A stretch of DNA of 64,000 nucleotides, taken from Botryllus schlosseri (lineage: Eukaryota). Below are positions 1 through 12,343 of this stretch, piece by piece (position 1 is the stretch's first letter; each line of letters begins with the position of its first letter). Under the pieces are notes generated by a model. It worked only from the letters and a program-made list of their open reading frames with translations. It had not been told where the DNA came from and did not search any database. The stretch is taken from contig CM119377.1 in NCBI GenBank assembly GCA_051294905.1, forward strand, positions 29,016,001 to 29,080,000. Direction: 5' to 3'. Both the position numbers and the translations under genes were made by a program.

Positions 1-80
1 CTGCCGCATGATAATGTTCAGGTAAAGCAGACTATAATGTTGGATTTCAACAGAAACATTTTTCCAGTTGCAGTTACAGT

Positions 81-1404
81 ATGTCAAAATTAAGGTTTAG
101 TTTGGCTGACAAGAGCCGTCTTATGACTCTTGTAAGCGCAAAGCTGGATGTACTTGAGGATAAAAGAAATGATGGAAATTCTATCCAAAGGAAAAATGCT
201 GCATGGGAAGATCTTGCCGTTCAATACAATTCCTTCCCGGATGCTCAAAAGGTATCATCCAAGCAGCTTAAAAAATAGTGGAATAACATGAAGGCGAGGT
301 AAGATTTTTGATGAAATTCTAGGAATATGCCGAGGCCAGTTCTAATGCGTAGCGTATGCATTTCAACAGATCGAAAGAAGATATAACAGAGGAACGTGCC
401 CACCTGGCTGCAACTGGCGGAGGTCCTCCAACCAAGGCAGTACCAGAGATGTCACAGATGATCCATAGCATGATACCGGAACAATTCGAGCCACTCCAGA
501 ATGATTTTGATTCTGACCAAGTGATGTTTGTGAACGTTTCCGTAGCATCGACATCTTCAGGTACGGTATTCCATAATAATGGACACTTCATTGATAAAAG
601 CACCATATCAAGCAGTGATTCCCACTATTAGTAGTCAACGGTATTCGCTGTTGATATTTGAGCATCGCTGACTCTGGTTATGTAGGTTTTGATGCGTGTT
701 GGGTTACCGCTTAGCTGCGACTCCTGTACATACCAAACTTGTGCCATACCTCCAAAATCCCTCCGTATAATAACTGTAAAACCTTATATTCGCAAACCCG
801 AAAGCTAACACTGACCAGAATTAGCACTGCGCATTGATTGATAGTCATAAGGACCATAGCCAGTCAATGGTGATCAGGGTCTGGGGCATATCCACGATGT
901 GATGTTGACATCGATATTGTTTATTATTAATGAGCGTTAACTAAAATCTGTGTAAATATATACAGATACATGACTAACATTCTGAGCAAAGCTTATAAGC
1001 ATATATAAGTTATTTAGAATTTATACGCATTTGTTTTGCAATGAGTGCTTTCTATATCATATATCCCAATTTCAGATGTAAGTTTCACGACTGCAACTCT
1101 GGCTTCAAGGCCGGTGGTGAAAGAAATGGAAAAGACAGAGATGCCAAGAAAGAAACCAAAAAGAGCTGAAGTTAACAACTTCATATCGGATGCCATGTTC
1201 TTGGAGCATGAGCTGAAAGTGGAAAAGATTAAATTGGAAATTGACTGCTTGCAACAGCAAAGGCTCTTAGTAGAGAAGCAGCAGTCCGTTACTGATCTGC
1301 AGTCATTACTTGTGACCAAGCAGCTGTTGATAGCAGATGCAAGGCAAAAGCTTGAAGGCTTGCCTTCACCAGACCCACTAGAAACTGGTCTACCTACTTT
1401 ATAA
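81..1404 (+). pseudogene. Myb/SANT-like DNA-binding protein of a PIF/Harbinger transposon; 3 exons (81-298, 370-560, 1076-1404) with an in-frame stop at 276-278
   Basis: KNAAWEDLAVQYNS...KQLKK*WNNMKARSKEDITEERAHLAATGGGPP is the Myb/SANT-like (MSANTD) signature. GT..AG introns 299-369 and 561-1075 join the three ORFs in frame. C-terminal coiled-coil. Convergent with a Harbinger nuclease. Confidence 0.85.
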
Positions 1405-1492
1405 AAGCTTTCAATTAAGATTCATTGCTTCTGCTTGCAGCACCGTGATGCAAATATTTTTTTGTGCTATTCGCATTTACCTGCGCATTATT

Positions 1493-1900
1493 GATGTTAC
1501 TATGCTTGTACTTGCAGCAATGTGACATGAAGGCTTTCCTTGTGCCATACCCATTTAACTGTGAAATGTTGATAGTTACTATGCTTGTACTTGCAGCAAT
1601 GTGACACGAATGCTTTCCTTGTGCCATACCCATTTAACTGTGGAATATTGATAGTTACTATGCTTGTACTTGCAGCAATGTGACATGAATGCTTTCCTTG
1701 TGCCATACCCATTTAACTGTGGAATATTGATAGTTACTATGCTTGTACTTGCAGCAATGTGACATGAATGCTTTCCTTGTGCCATACCCATTTAACTGTG
1801 AAATATTGATAGTTACTATGCTTGTACTTGCAGCAATGTGACATGAATGCTTCTCTTGTGTCATACCCATTTAACCGTGCATTATTGATAGTTACTATGC
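1493..1900. repeat. 79-bp minisatellite, about 5 near-identical copies, with degenerate copies out to about 1420 and 2045
   Basis: Unit GATAGTTACTATGCTTGTACTTGCAGCAATGTGAC... recurs at 1493, 1571, 1650, 1729, 1808, 1887. Confidence 0.95.
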
Positions 1901-2129
1901 CTCTAATTGCAGCACCGTGACATCAATACGTTTCTTTTGCTATGCCCGTTTAACTGCATAAGCCATGACTTGCAACACTGCACCGTGATATTTATGCTTT
2001 TTTCGCTATGCTCATGTAACCGTGGATTATTGATAGTTACTGTTCCACTTCTTTTCTTTCTACACTGTACCATTTCGTTCGGTTCCATACAAGTGATACC
2101 GCAGTTTCTTTATTTGTGATAACAAATTA

Positions 2130-2943
2130 AATTTCATTCGTAAAGTGGGTTTCTACGATGCGTCGTCTCTGAGCTAGGCCTGTCAGGGAGCCTAGTACAT
2201 CTCTCGGTGCCTCTACAACTTCTTGTGGGATGACACGGACATCAGTTTCATTGTTGATGATGCACCTAAATTTGAAGGGAGTTAAGCGCTTAATATTAAA
2301 AAAATCAAGAAATATATTACCTGTGCTTTGTGGCATAGTTGTATAACACGGCCCTACAGTCATAGATGTGTCGCCGTAGACCCAGTGATAAGCAGGGGAA
2401 CACCCTCTTCCACACTCCAAAAGTCCTCTATAGTTGTTCTGGAGGATATTAGAACCTTGTTCAGCAGCTGTTTGTCGTAAAATCGTGTGGCCTCATTGGC
2501 TGCGACTTCACCTTGTGGGAATTTGATGTATGCTGAAGCTGAGCTTTTATGAGCTATGGCAATACTGTCCAGCTTCACCAATCCACCAACCAACGGTGAG
2601 CTGGGAGACATGTTCCACCCCAACAACAACTTGAAAGCTTCCTGTGGCGTAAAAGCGCAAAACAAGGAACTTCAACAACGGGGGCAGGGTTGGCCTTTGT
2701 TGGATGGGCTGGTAAGGTCATGTAGGATCTCCATAATCCAATACCACCGGCTTTCGTAAGCCTATAGCGATCAGAACACAGTTCCTCAGTGATGTATTCC
2801 ACTGGATTATCAAAATCTGTAAGGTACTTCCGTACTTGCTGCAGCCTGTTTCCATTCACTTGCATGTAATATTCTAACATATCTATGTCAATAGCTATTT
2901 TATCTGGAAGGAATGAAACACGTACCGTATACCTATCTGCCAA
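2130..2943 (-). pseudogene. Harbinger (HARBI1-like) DDE nuclease, frameshifted and internally deleted
   Basis: N-terminal RKYLTDFDNPVEYITEELCSDRYRL; across frameshifts SSRTTIE/TFGVWKRVFPCLSLGLR and AVLYNYA, matching the RxxIERxFGxxKxRFxxL and CxLHN motifs. Confidence 0.8.
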
Positions 2944-3325
2944 TATGGAATCGGTGTCTCGTGCACACCAAAGATTCTACTAACTGTCCTCACGGTGTGA
3001 TACTGCACACCAAATATATTACGCTAAACGTACCTGGATTCCAACCCGGCATCTTAACAGTTCATACCGAGCGAGCGCACAGCGCACAGTTGCGAATGAT
3101 GCCAGACGTGTCGAGTAAGACTCGAAACTGAGCAAAGCTAGAAAATGTCTTTGAATACCAAGGAGCTACTCCAATGGAGTTGAACTCCGCCTTTACTCCG
3201 TCGAGCAAGCCTTGAGTTTGAGTTCGAGGCGTCTCTTTGAATACGGGCCCAGGACCGCAACTGCCGCACCACGAACCCCCTAATTGGGAGGGGAAGAGCT
3301 GAAATGGGGACCAAAATTTTTTCGT

Positions 3326-4568
3326 CCCGACCGATATTGGATTTTTGAGCCGATACCGATAAGACCGATATCCAGTACCTCCACCGATAACCCCGATATA
3401 TTCAGCCGATATTGAATCTAGCTCAAGGCCCAATTTTAACAACTCAAGAGCATTTATTTCAACAGCTTTACAGCCATTGATATGCTTGAACATGAAATAA
3501 ATGATCTAGGGGCTATAAAAATATATCAAAATCACCAATCCAGCAGTTGCAGATGACAGTTCACGAAGCACAATTTCTCGGCTCTTTCTCCAAGGAATGA
3601 ACTTCTGTGGTCTTCCATAAATGATGTATATAGTACTAAACATAGTGAGCAGTCTTTCACTTGGTACCATAGTTAGTGGCACAGCAAGAATTGGAAATCT
3701 TTCTTCATTTCGGTTCCACCGCTCCCTTACAGGAGATCTTTCCTTCAATGGTTTCACCAAATATTGATATTAATATTGATATTCTTCTGGCAGTGCACCT
3801 GGAGCCTTCGGCACATCATTAACAAATAGCTGAAGAGAATGTGCAAAACAACTGAAATTGTCCACGTCTGCAACTGCTTCACCCATCCCCCTTGGGCCTT
3901 GATCATGACCAGCATTCAAACAATCAATTGATCAATATTTTACGCTCAGAATTGGCCTATGTCATCATGGAATTAAAAGTTTTCGTATCAAATATTGGCT
4001 TTACTCCACGTTTGCTTGATTTTCTTGCCCTCTATGCTCGCATATTCCTATCATGGTGGCCCCGAAGGCCTCAGTCAGACGACTTCATACATTACTGGTA
4101 GCTCTGTTGGTACCGAACCAATAGCACTATCTTCCGATAAATGTTTCGACGAGACGCTTTTCTCTATCATCACGAGGGTCAGTCCAGCATCATTGATGTT
4201 CTCATTTCTCTTACTGATTGAAATCTTCTGCAGACAACTATCCACCCAGCTGCTCTCTGTCTTTGGTGATCGATTACTGCAGGGGGATTCCCACAAAATC
4301 AGTGGGGCATAATGGTGGTTAGTAATCCATAATATTTTTCAGATACGCACGCCTACTGCCTGTATGGAGTATGCACATGCAGCTTGGCCATTTTTTTTAA
4401 ATAATTTACCGTCCTCACGTCTTCTATCGACTTCTCTGACTCCCTGCCACCATGTGACGTCACGAAAATGGCCGATATTTTTTACCTTCAACGGCCGATA
4501 CCGATATTTCGCTCCAAGCGTGATATCGACTCGATATTATCGGCCAGCCGATAATCGGTCGGGCTCTA
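3326..4568 (-). mobile_element. Decayed hAT (Ac/ZBED-type) deletion derivative
   Basis: Inverted ends CCCGACCGAT / ATCGGTCGGGCTCTA with CCGATA subterminal repeats; minus-strand remnants FSCFAHSLQLFV and ERWNRNEERFPILAV...VPSERL (hAT dimerisation domain). Left terminus incomplete. Confidence 0.7.
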
Positions 4569-4594
4569 GAATTAACATACATAATGGACTAGAG

Positions 4595-6183
4595 CAGGGG
4601 TCACCAACACGAGGCCCGCGAGGTCATATTTTGCGGCCCGCGACCTGATCTGGAGAAATTTCGGTATAACGCTTACTAAAGCCTTTTGAAATGCTGAAAT
4701 TGATTTCAGTTTGAACATATTGTTGTTGGTGTTCAAAGTAAGCCATTCTACTATTCCCAATATCACTATTCCTCGCTATCTGATACGGTTTCGACATGGT
4801 AATATCATTCCGTGGAGGAAGAATTTGCTGATATGAATGGGCATATTGCCTAGACGTGCAATGGCCCACCATTGCCGAGACTGAGGCGCTTGAAAAACGA
4901 TTTCGGGCTCTCCAAAAGACCATGCTTTACGAGGCGATAGTTTTGACTGCTAGTAGCGTTACCGTGTCTAACTAACCCCAATATCGATTCTCTGATCCAG
5001 GGGTGGCCAATCTGCGGCATTAGAAGGAAAAGTATGCGGCCGTCGACACTTAATTCAATGAAGATGTGTTGGCGGCCGTCAATATGCTAATTGAAGTTGC
5101 AAATTGACTTCCTAATTAATGAGAGGTTTGAATGCTTCTTGAAATTTTCTTCGCGCTAAGCGCGGTTTAATGCGTGTTAACTTTCGATTTTAACATAGGA
5201 GTGTCCTTTGTAATTTGAGTCCCACAGTACAGATGCAAACAGCAGAGGAAAATGATGCATGCGCCCCATCATGAAATACATTTTTTAATCGTGTTCTCCT
5301 CATCATGAATGAAATTTTTTCGGGTAGGCCTGCATCTGGGTGAATCTAATAGGCTATATCTCCACTATACCGACAAATCTGATCGGAGGTCAAGAAATAA
5401 CTGCATGCAACAAAGGGGAGTAATAACAATTGGCACACCCAAAGATGCACCACAGCATTAATAACTTCCCTAAGTTTTCCAATATACCCCCTGCATCAAC
5501 TCTACCGGTGGATCTGATCACATTCGCCGAGAAAGGATAAATATTTGATATGTAAAATATGATATGATATGATTTGATATGTAATATGTCAAACTATGCT
5601 AATATTTATTGACAAAATTCACTAATGAAAATGAAAAAAAATTATCGCTTGGCGCGACTACAGAACTAATCCCTATGGCTCTTTATAACGATACTATACT
5701 CGCGATTTCGGTGCGCATAGTAAACCAATATCAGTAAATAGATTACTCCGGAGTATACCGCCAATTGCCATTGGACATGGACAATTTAACGTGGGTATTT
5801 GGCCCCAGTTAGTTCATTATGCGGCCGCAAGCTACATGCGTCATCGAAAGGCGGCCGTGAATAGCAAAAAGGTTGGTCACCCCTGTTATAGTTGCTACAG
5901 AGTGTTGCCAGGTATCGTGCGCAGCTCACAGTTCAAAATAGAATGAATTTGATGATCATATTTTTTGTTGTATTTTTGTTTCTACAATAAACTATATTTT
6001 TTTTTGTGGTGACCATGTCCGTCGCCCATTTTAGAGGGCACAGAATTGTACTAACGTAGAGTTATGAAACGTGGTTGTTAAACTGCGTTGCCTATTTGAA
6101 TCTCGATATTGAAATCTTGCGGCCCGCGGCCTCCAGGAATTTTGAAAAGTGGCCCGCGACCCGTTTTGAGTTGGCGACCCCTG
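4595..6183. mobile_element. Non-autonomous hAT (Buster/Charlie-type) element
   Basis: TIRs CAGGGGTCACCAAC / GTTGGCGACCCCTG; perfect 8-bp TSD GACTAGAG at 4587-4594 and 6184-6191; GGCCCGCG subterminal motifs. Confidence 0.9.
4998..5885. mobile_element. Nested hAT MITE, same family as 8118-8795
   Basis: TIRs CAGGGGTGGCCAA / TTGGTCACCCCTG, GCGGCCG subterminal motifs, internal similarity to 8118-8795; flanks do not form a TSD. Confidence 0.75.
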
Positions 6184-6199
6184 GACTAGAGTATTATTT

Positions 6200-7250
6200 T
6201 GGAAATTTATGCAATTTTTTCAAAAAATTTTCGCGCTGCGCGCGATTTCATGGTGATAAATTTCTTGCTTATTTTATACCCTTCCCCGAAGAAATAATAC
6301 GCATGAGTTTTAGAAATAGGCATATCGGCTTCAGCCATTACCAGGCCGTGACGCAGCAAGACATATGAAGTTTCAGGCCATGTAACATGCGACTCCGAAA
6401 AGTGTGCCAGGACGAAAAAAACCTTGGCGGAAAACGACTGCACTTATACTGACCGACTTCGATATAAATATGTTTAATTGTCCATAGGCGCTGAAATGGC
6501 TGGGCCAAATGTTCCTACAAGAAAAATGCCATCCTGCAAGGAAAAATTATTTGCCAGTGCAGAAATACCAATTTGAAATCGTATTCGTCTTTTAGTTTAG
6601 TACGCATAGGCGATTTCAATATCTTTTGACATAGCAGACAGGTAACGAAGTCATTATGCCCAAGTGTCCGCCCTAATAATATGTTTCATTATTATTTACA
6701 GGCCCTACATTTTCCAAGACAATTCAGTCAGCTCTATGGTAAATCTGAATACATGGGCAGTGAGAGGATAAAAAATGGACAGCAATATATATGCTATTTC
6801 CGATCATATTGACTGATTTAATCATGAATGATAAAAAAAATTCGCGCGGTTACCGCGAATAAAGCCACCTAGGTAAAGAGTCCAACGGCTTTTGCTGAGA
6901 AGTAGCGGTAAAGAGGTATCAGGGGAGGGGGTCTGAGAGGCGAAGACCCCCAGAAGTTTAGTTTATCACCCTATGGGGGGCCCAAGACCAACATTTTGGG
7001 AGCCTGACGAAGTGCTGTTACGGTCCTTTTGGAGTCAAGTCGGAGAAATGACCTTTTTTTAGTCAACTCAATAAAATTTAGCCGAAAAAGTGTAATTTCG
7101 AGGTCGAGCCGGAAAGTTGACCTTTTTTTTAGTCAGCTTGTCACTGATTACAGTTTTTGTGCCCATTTTCGGTTTCCAATATTTGGGGGGCGATGATCGG
7201 TGTGGAGCTTGAAAAGGGGGCGATGAGTCGAAAAAGGTTGGGAACCACTG
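6200..7250. repeat. Patchwork of MITE fragments ending in a hAT right terminus
   Basis: AAAAAGGTTGGGAACCACTG ends at 7250; the segment near 6345-6410 resembles 28625-28680; no matching left end found. Confidence 0.5.
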
Positions 7251-7839
7251 GTCTAGCGTAACCGAAACCACAGTATCGGTTCGTAGAAAGCGCGCAGAAA
7301 CGCCTCTAAAAACGCTTTGAACAGACACGTTAAAGCAGCTTAAAGACGTAGAAAACCTTGCAGGAAACCTACTGCAGCAGGTGTACAAGCTGCGCGCTTA
7401 CAAACAGTGGACTTGGTCTACATACAGCTAGACCAGGGGTGGGCAACATACGGCCCGCGGGCCGGATCCGGCCCGCGAAGGGATTTTGTCCGGCCCGCGG
7501 ACAGTTTTTCGTCTTACATGATAATGTGGCCCGCCGGCCCCCGTCTTCCGAGATTCCCCACTACTTGCTCACATACATTTTAGTGATTGTATGTTTTTTA
7601 TACACAGGTATATGCACAGCGAGCGAGGGTGGAGCTTACGCGTGAGTTCGTCGAAGCGAGAAGACTTGCATTATCGGCATTTACGATGTACTGAACCCTA
7701 ATGTCATTTGTGGTAATAATGGTGTTTGTCGACGACAATGGTCATTTACACCAGGCCGATATTTCTTATTTTTGATTCCGTAACCGTCGACTTGTAGCAC
7801 GGCGCACACTTATAGACTTTTCTAAGACACCGATTATGC

Positions 7840-7945
7840 CAGGCGTCGCCAACTGAAAACGGGTCGCGTGCCAATTTCAAATTTCGAGGCCGCGGCCCGC
7901 ATGAATTCAATATCGAGATAGACAGGCCGCACAGTCTAACAACCA
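7840..7945 (-). repeat. Inverted terminal fragment of the 4595-6183 MITE family
   Basis: Reverse complement aligns to about 6070-6183 (CGTGGTTGTTA...CTCGATATTGAA...GCGACCCGTTTT.AGTTGGCGAC). Confidence 0.7.
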
Positions 7946-8117
7946 CGCTATCTCGTCACCTACTTAATCCTAATGCATTGATATCTTGGTAAATTTGGGG
8001 TACCCGGCTTATTGAACGCCTGGAAATCTTGATGAAGGATTGCACCGTGTGTTGATTGATCAGAGAGAAGCAGACATGGTGGTACCTGCCTGTATGACAG
8101 GGGTGGTACCTGTATGA

Positions 8118-8795
8118 CAGGGGTGGCCAACCTGCGGCCGTAGAAGTAAATTTGTGCGGCCGTGGACACGTAATTTAATTAGTAGGTGTTGGCGGCCGTC
8201 GACGTGGAATTTGAATTTACGGATTGACTCCCGATTTCTTGAAACTTTTAAATTATCTTGAAAGGTTTTTCGCGCAGCGCGCGATTCAATGCGACTTTAT
8301 TTTTCGATTTTAATATAGTTGGGCACTTTGCAATCAGAGCCCCACAGTACAGTTACGAACAGATGCGCCACATATAGAAATACCAACTCGGAATCGTGTT
8401 CTCCTCACTATACCGACAATCCTGACGGGAGGTCAAGACATGCAAAGAGCAGCATGCAACAAAGTGACTAATAAGAATTGGCCTGCCCTGACCGACCCTC
8501 CACCAACTCAACCGGTGAATCTGATCACATGGGATGAGAATTAATATGTAGAACTACTAATTTTCATGACGAAATTCATGAATGAATCTGAAAAAATTTT
8601 CGCGCTTGGCGCGACTATGAACAGCCTACATTATTTAATAGATTAGTACGGAGTTCGCCGGAAATGGACATAGGCACTTTAACATGAGTATTTGGCGTCC
8701 TGCTAGTTCATTACGACTATTCCCTGGAATGCGGCCGTAGGCTACATGAGTAGTCGAAATGCGGCCGTGACTGGCAAAAAGATTGGCCACCCCTG
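8118..8795. mobile_element. hAT MITE
   Basis: TIRs CAGGGGTGGCCAA / TTGGCCACCCCTG; perfect TSD CTGTATGA at 8110-8117 and 8796-8803. Confidence 0.92.
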
Positions 8796-9441
8796 CTGTA
8801 TGAGAGTGCTGTTCTCAAATCCACATTGTCTTCGTCATTATTGGCGAGAAATGGCTTTGAAGTTGCATTGCTGTCGGTAAAATACATTCATTAAACACGA
8901 TTTCTTCCTTGTATACGTGGATAAATGGGCGAATAATGTAACGATTCAGCAATCCGGCCCGCTACGTACTTAATTTTCCTATATCTGGCCCGCCGACTTG
9001 GAGAAGTTGCCCGCCCCTGAGCTAGACTGTAGTTGACGTCAGCCTCCACTTAGGCTAAAGAGCCTCATATTAGCAGGGATAACTACCCTAGCTAATCAAT
9101 CGACAACATGGCATACGCAAATGCCATTAGAAATGAAAATACAAACAGGATCACGTATGGTACAAGGCCTAGGTCGCCCGATCTACTTGTACCCACACAC
9201 ATACAAGCATCAACAGTGATCGATGCAATCATATCACATCCAACCTTGAAGAAAGACAAGGAACACATCATTTCTATATTTCAAATCGGGCACAGCACTT
9301 CTTGAAACAAACCGAAAGCGGAATAGAGACAGAAAGTGGCATGATATTCCTTGCAAACCCGAGGAAGCCAGTAGTGAAAGTTAACATACGAGCGGTACCT
9401 ACCGAGGTAGAGGAAAGAAAGTGAAGTAAGAAATAAACTAG

Positions 9442-11670
9442 TGTAGCGACCCTGATACGGCGTCACGTACCTAACAGGGAAGCCGGTGTGTTCCTGGGCT
9501 CCGGACCTCGTCTCTCTGCGATCGCCGCCTGCTTAGCGCTCGAATACACGAAACGCCTCACACAGTACACCAGTCCATACGGTTATAATAAGATTATTTT
9601 CCACGACACAGTACTCAAAACAGCGCTTCACACTAGACTCATATTACACAATATACACAGCGATACATACATACTGATAACGCACACAGACGACCTAACA
9701 ATACGAGACACAGGCCTACACACACACCGTATTCCGACAGCTAACCCTGAACCTACACCAGCAGCGGCGTTTCCATCTACAGGCGAGGGACTAACTACGG
9801 GAAGATATCACTCCCCAGATGCTAGCGCAGCATCGTCCGTGATCTTTCCATGCCCCAGTCAATCTATCTGAACATAGATTCCGACAGGATACATATCCAC
9901 CTCAAGCCTATAAATACAATGCCAACTACCTGCTACTTCACACCCTAGCTGTCTAATACTACAACTACTTCATGCTGCTGTTCCCGACTACTCATACTTC
10001 ACGCTACCAAACACAGAGACATTCTCACTCACATCCAGCTCAAGCCACGCTCTCAGCCAACTCTCTCACCAACTCAGTCAACACGCGGTCTCCAGCCATA
10101 CCACGCGCAACGTAATTTCTAAACGGTAAATATAGAACATTCTAGAAACCCCGGGATGCCACACTACCCCGGCCTATTTTGATTGAGATTTTCTCAAACA
10201 AAATCGAAACCACCAATAGCTTCATTCCAGAACAGTACGCTCAAGTCCACAAACAACTTGAAATAACCTGAGTACGGTTGGCCTCGCAGCCTGCTCTCCG
10301 ACATCAAAGTCCGTCGCACAAGTTCCAACAGCATTCCGCAGCTCTTCGTATCCACCGTCCAAGCTGCCCTCGGTCGAATGCGATTCCACCGTCAACTAAT
10401 GACACTTCCCGGAATGAGACGCCCGATTCTCTGCCGCCGACGAACTTGTCGCCTCAGTGCCTGCGCCCACCCTGCGCTTCCACACTATCACTGCCCACGC
10501 CAGGGATACCAGCTGCGACCCGATGCTCTTCCTGACCCGCTTACACATTTATTGAAGCTTCCGCAATCAACGTCAATTGCCCAGTTTTCCTCAGCCATCC
10601 GCCTCCATACTGTTACTCTGCCAGCACATAACCCCGAGGCTCAGTCGCATCTTCAAGTGCAAAACTATTCCAGCTGCCGGTTACAATTTTCCATAACCAA
10701 TCCATTCAATATATCAGTCCAGGCTCCGTAGCCAAACCCGTATACGAGCGCTCGTTCCCATTGTTCACGTCATAACGAATCCACCGAACACTCGGTAACC
10801 GCGACACAACAACACAGCTATTCCAAACGTTCATACAAAATGCTTCATCTTCCATATACCGATACACGAAAATCGACATATACACAGCATAGGCAATCGC
10901 AAAGATAAACAAGGTCCTGGCGTGCTCGCCAAATTGTAGCGACCCTGATACGGCGTCACGTACCTAACAGGGAAGCCGGTGTGTTCCTGGGCTCCGGACC
11001 TCGTCTCTCTGCGTTCGCCGCCTGCTGCTCGCTCGGGCCACGAAACGCCTAACACAGTGACACCAGTCCATACGGTTATAATAAGATTATATTCCACGAC
11101 ACAGTACTCAAAACGACGTTCCACACTAGACTCATATTACACAATATACTCAGCGATACATACAAACTGATAACGTACACAGACGACCTAACAATACGAG
11201 ACACAGGCCTACACACACACAAGTTCACACAAACCGTATTCCGACAGCTAACCCTGAACCTACACCAGCAGCGGCGTTTCCATCTACAGGCGAGGGACTA
11301 ACTACGGGACAATATCACTCCCCAGATGCTAGCGCAGCATCGTCCGTGATCTTTCCATGCCCCAGTCGATCTATCTGAACATAGATTCCGACAGGATACA
11401 TATCCACCTCAAGCCTATAAATACAATGCCAACTACCTGCTACTTCACACCCTAGCTGTCTAATACTACAACTACTTCATGCTGCTGTTCCCGACTACTC
11501 ATACTTCACGCTACCAAACACAGAGACATTCTCACTCACATCCAGCTTCAGCCACGCTCTCAGCCAACTCTCTCACCAACTCAGTCAACACGCGGTCTCC
11601 AGCCATACCACGCGCAACGTAATTTCTAAACGGTAAATATAGAACATTCTAGAAACCCAGGGATGCCACA
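9442..11670 (-). mobile_element. Non-coding TRIM-like LTR retrotransposon; LTRs 9442-10163 and 10935-11670
   Basis: Direct repeats of 722 and 736 bp with TG..CA ends; 4-bp TSD CTAG at 9438-9441 and 11671-11674; PBS and purine tract on the minus strand; 771-bp internal region without recognisable gag/pol motifs. Confidence 0.9.
10915..10931 (-). promoter_or_regulatory. Primer-binding site, tRNA-Arg type
   Basis: TGGCGAGCACGCCAGGA, 3 nt from the 5' LTR; 15/17 match to the tRNA-Arg(ACG) PBS TGGCGAGCCAGCCAGGA as recalled. Confidence 0.75.
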
Positions 11671-12343
11671 CTAGGAAGACTCGATTGTGGAAACATCAAA
11701 GAAATCAAGATGATTTACCATAGAGCCACAAACATCCACAACGGATACAGACAGGTCTGGATAGAGGACTACAAACCGGGAAGAATCCCACCTTTCCTAT
11801 ACCTTGGTGAAGCACCATGCAAGGCATATATCTACTCCAAGAAATAGAGAATGAGGTATGCTATAGGTGCCTATTGCCGGGACACAATGCAAAAGACTGT
11901 CCGAACCAGACAGCCTGCATCGTGTGCAAGCAATACGGGCACAGAAAGAATGAATGTCCACAGAACGATGTACTAGCAAACAATGTTCCCTCTAATTTTT
12001 CACGAGTCTGCGCAAATACGCCAACTCACTGCGCAGGCCCTTGGACAACAGTGCGCAACCAGGCCCCCCATAGGGTGATAAACCGAACTTCTGGGGGGCT
12101 TCGCCCCCCAGACCCCCCTCGGGCTGCACGCTTTCCCCCGCTACTAATCATCTGTGTCTGGTCTTCGTTTAGTGGGCGTTCCAACTAAACGCGCGAGGCG
12201 CTAAAATTTTCTATAATTCATGATCAAATCGGTCAATATCATCGAGAAATGCATATATTGCTATCAATTTTAATCCTGTCTCTGCTCACGTAATCACATT
12301 TACAGGTAAAGCTGATCGAGTGAGATGTGTTAGTAGTATAATT

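Larger units (their letters stand above)
7434..9019. mobile_element. Non-autonomous hAT element carrying nested inserts
   Basis: TIRs CAGGGGTGGGCAAC / GTTGCCCGCCCCTG; perfect TSD AGCTAGAC at 7426-7433 and 9020-9027. Confidence 0.9.

Noticed and set aside
1415-1870. Four overlapping 70-aa ORFs (MGMAQGKHSCH...)
   Set aside because: Products of the 79-bp tandem unit, which is not a multiple of 3; no protein motif
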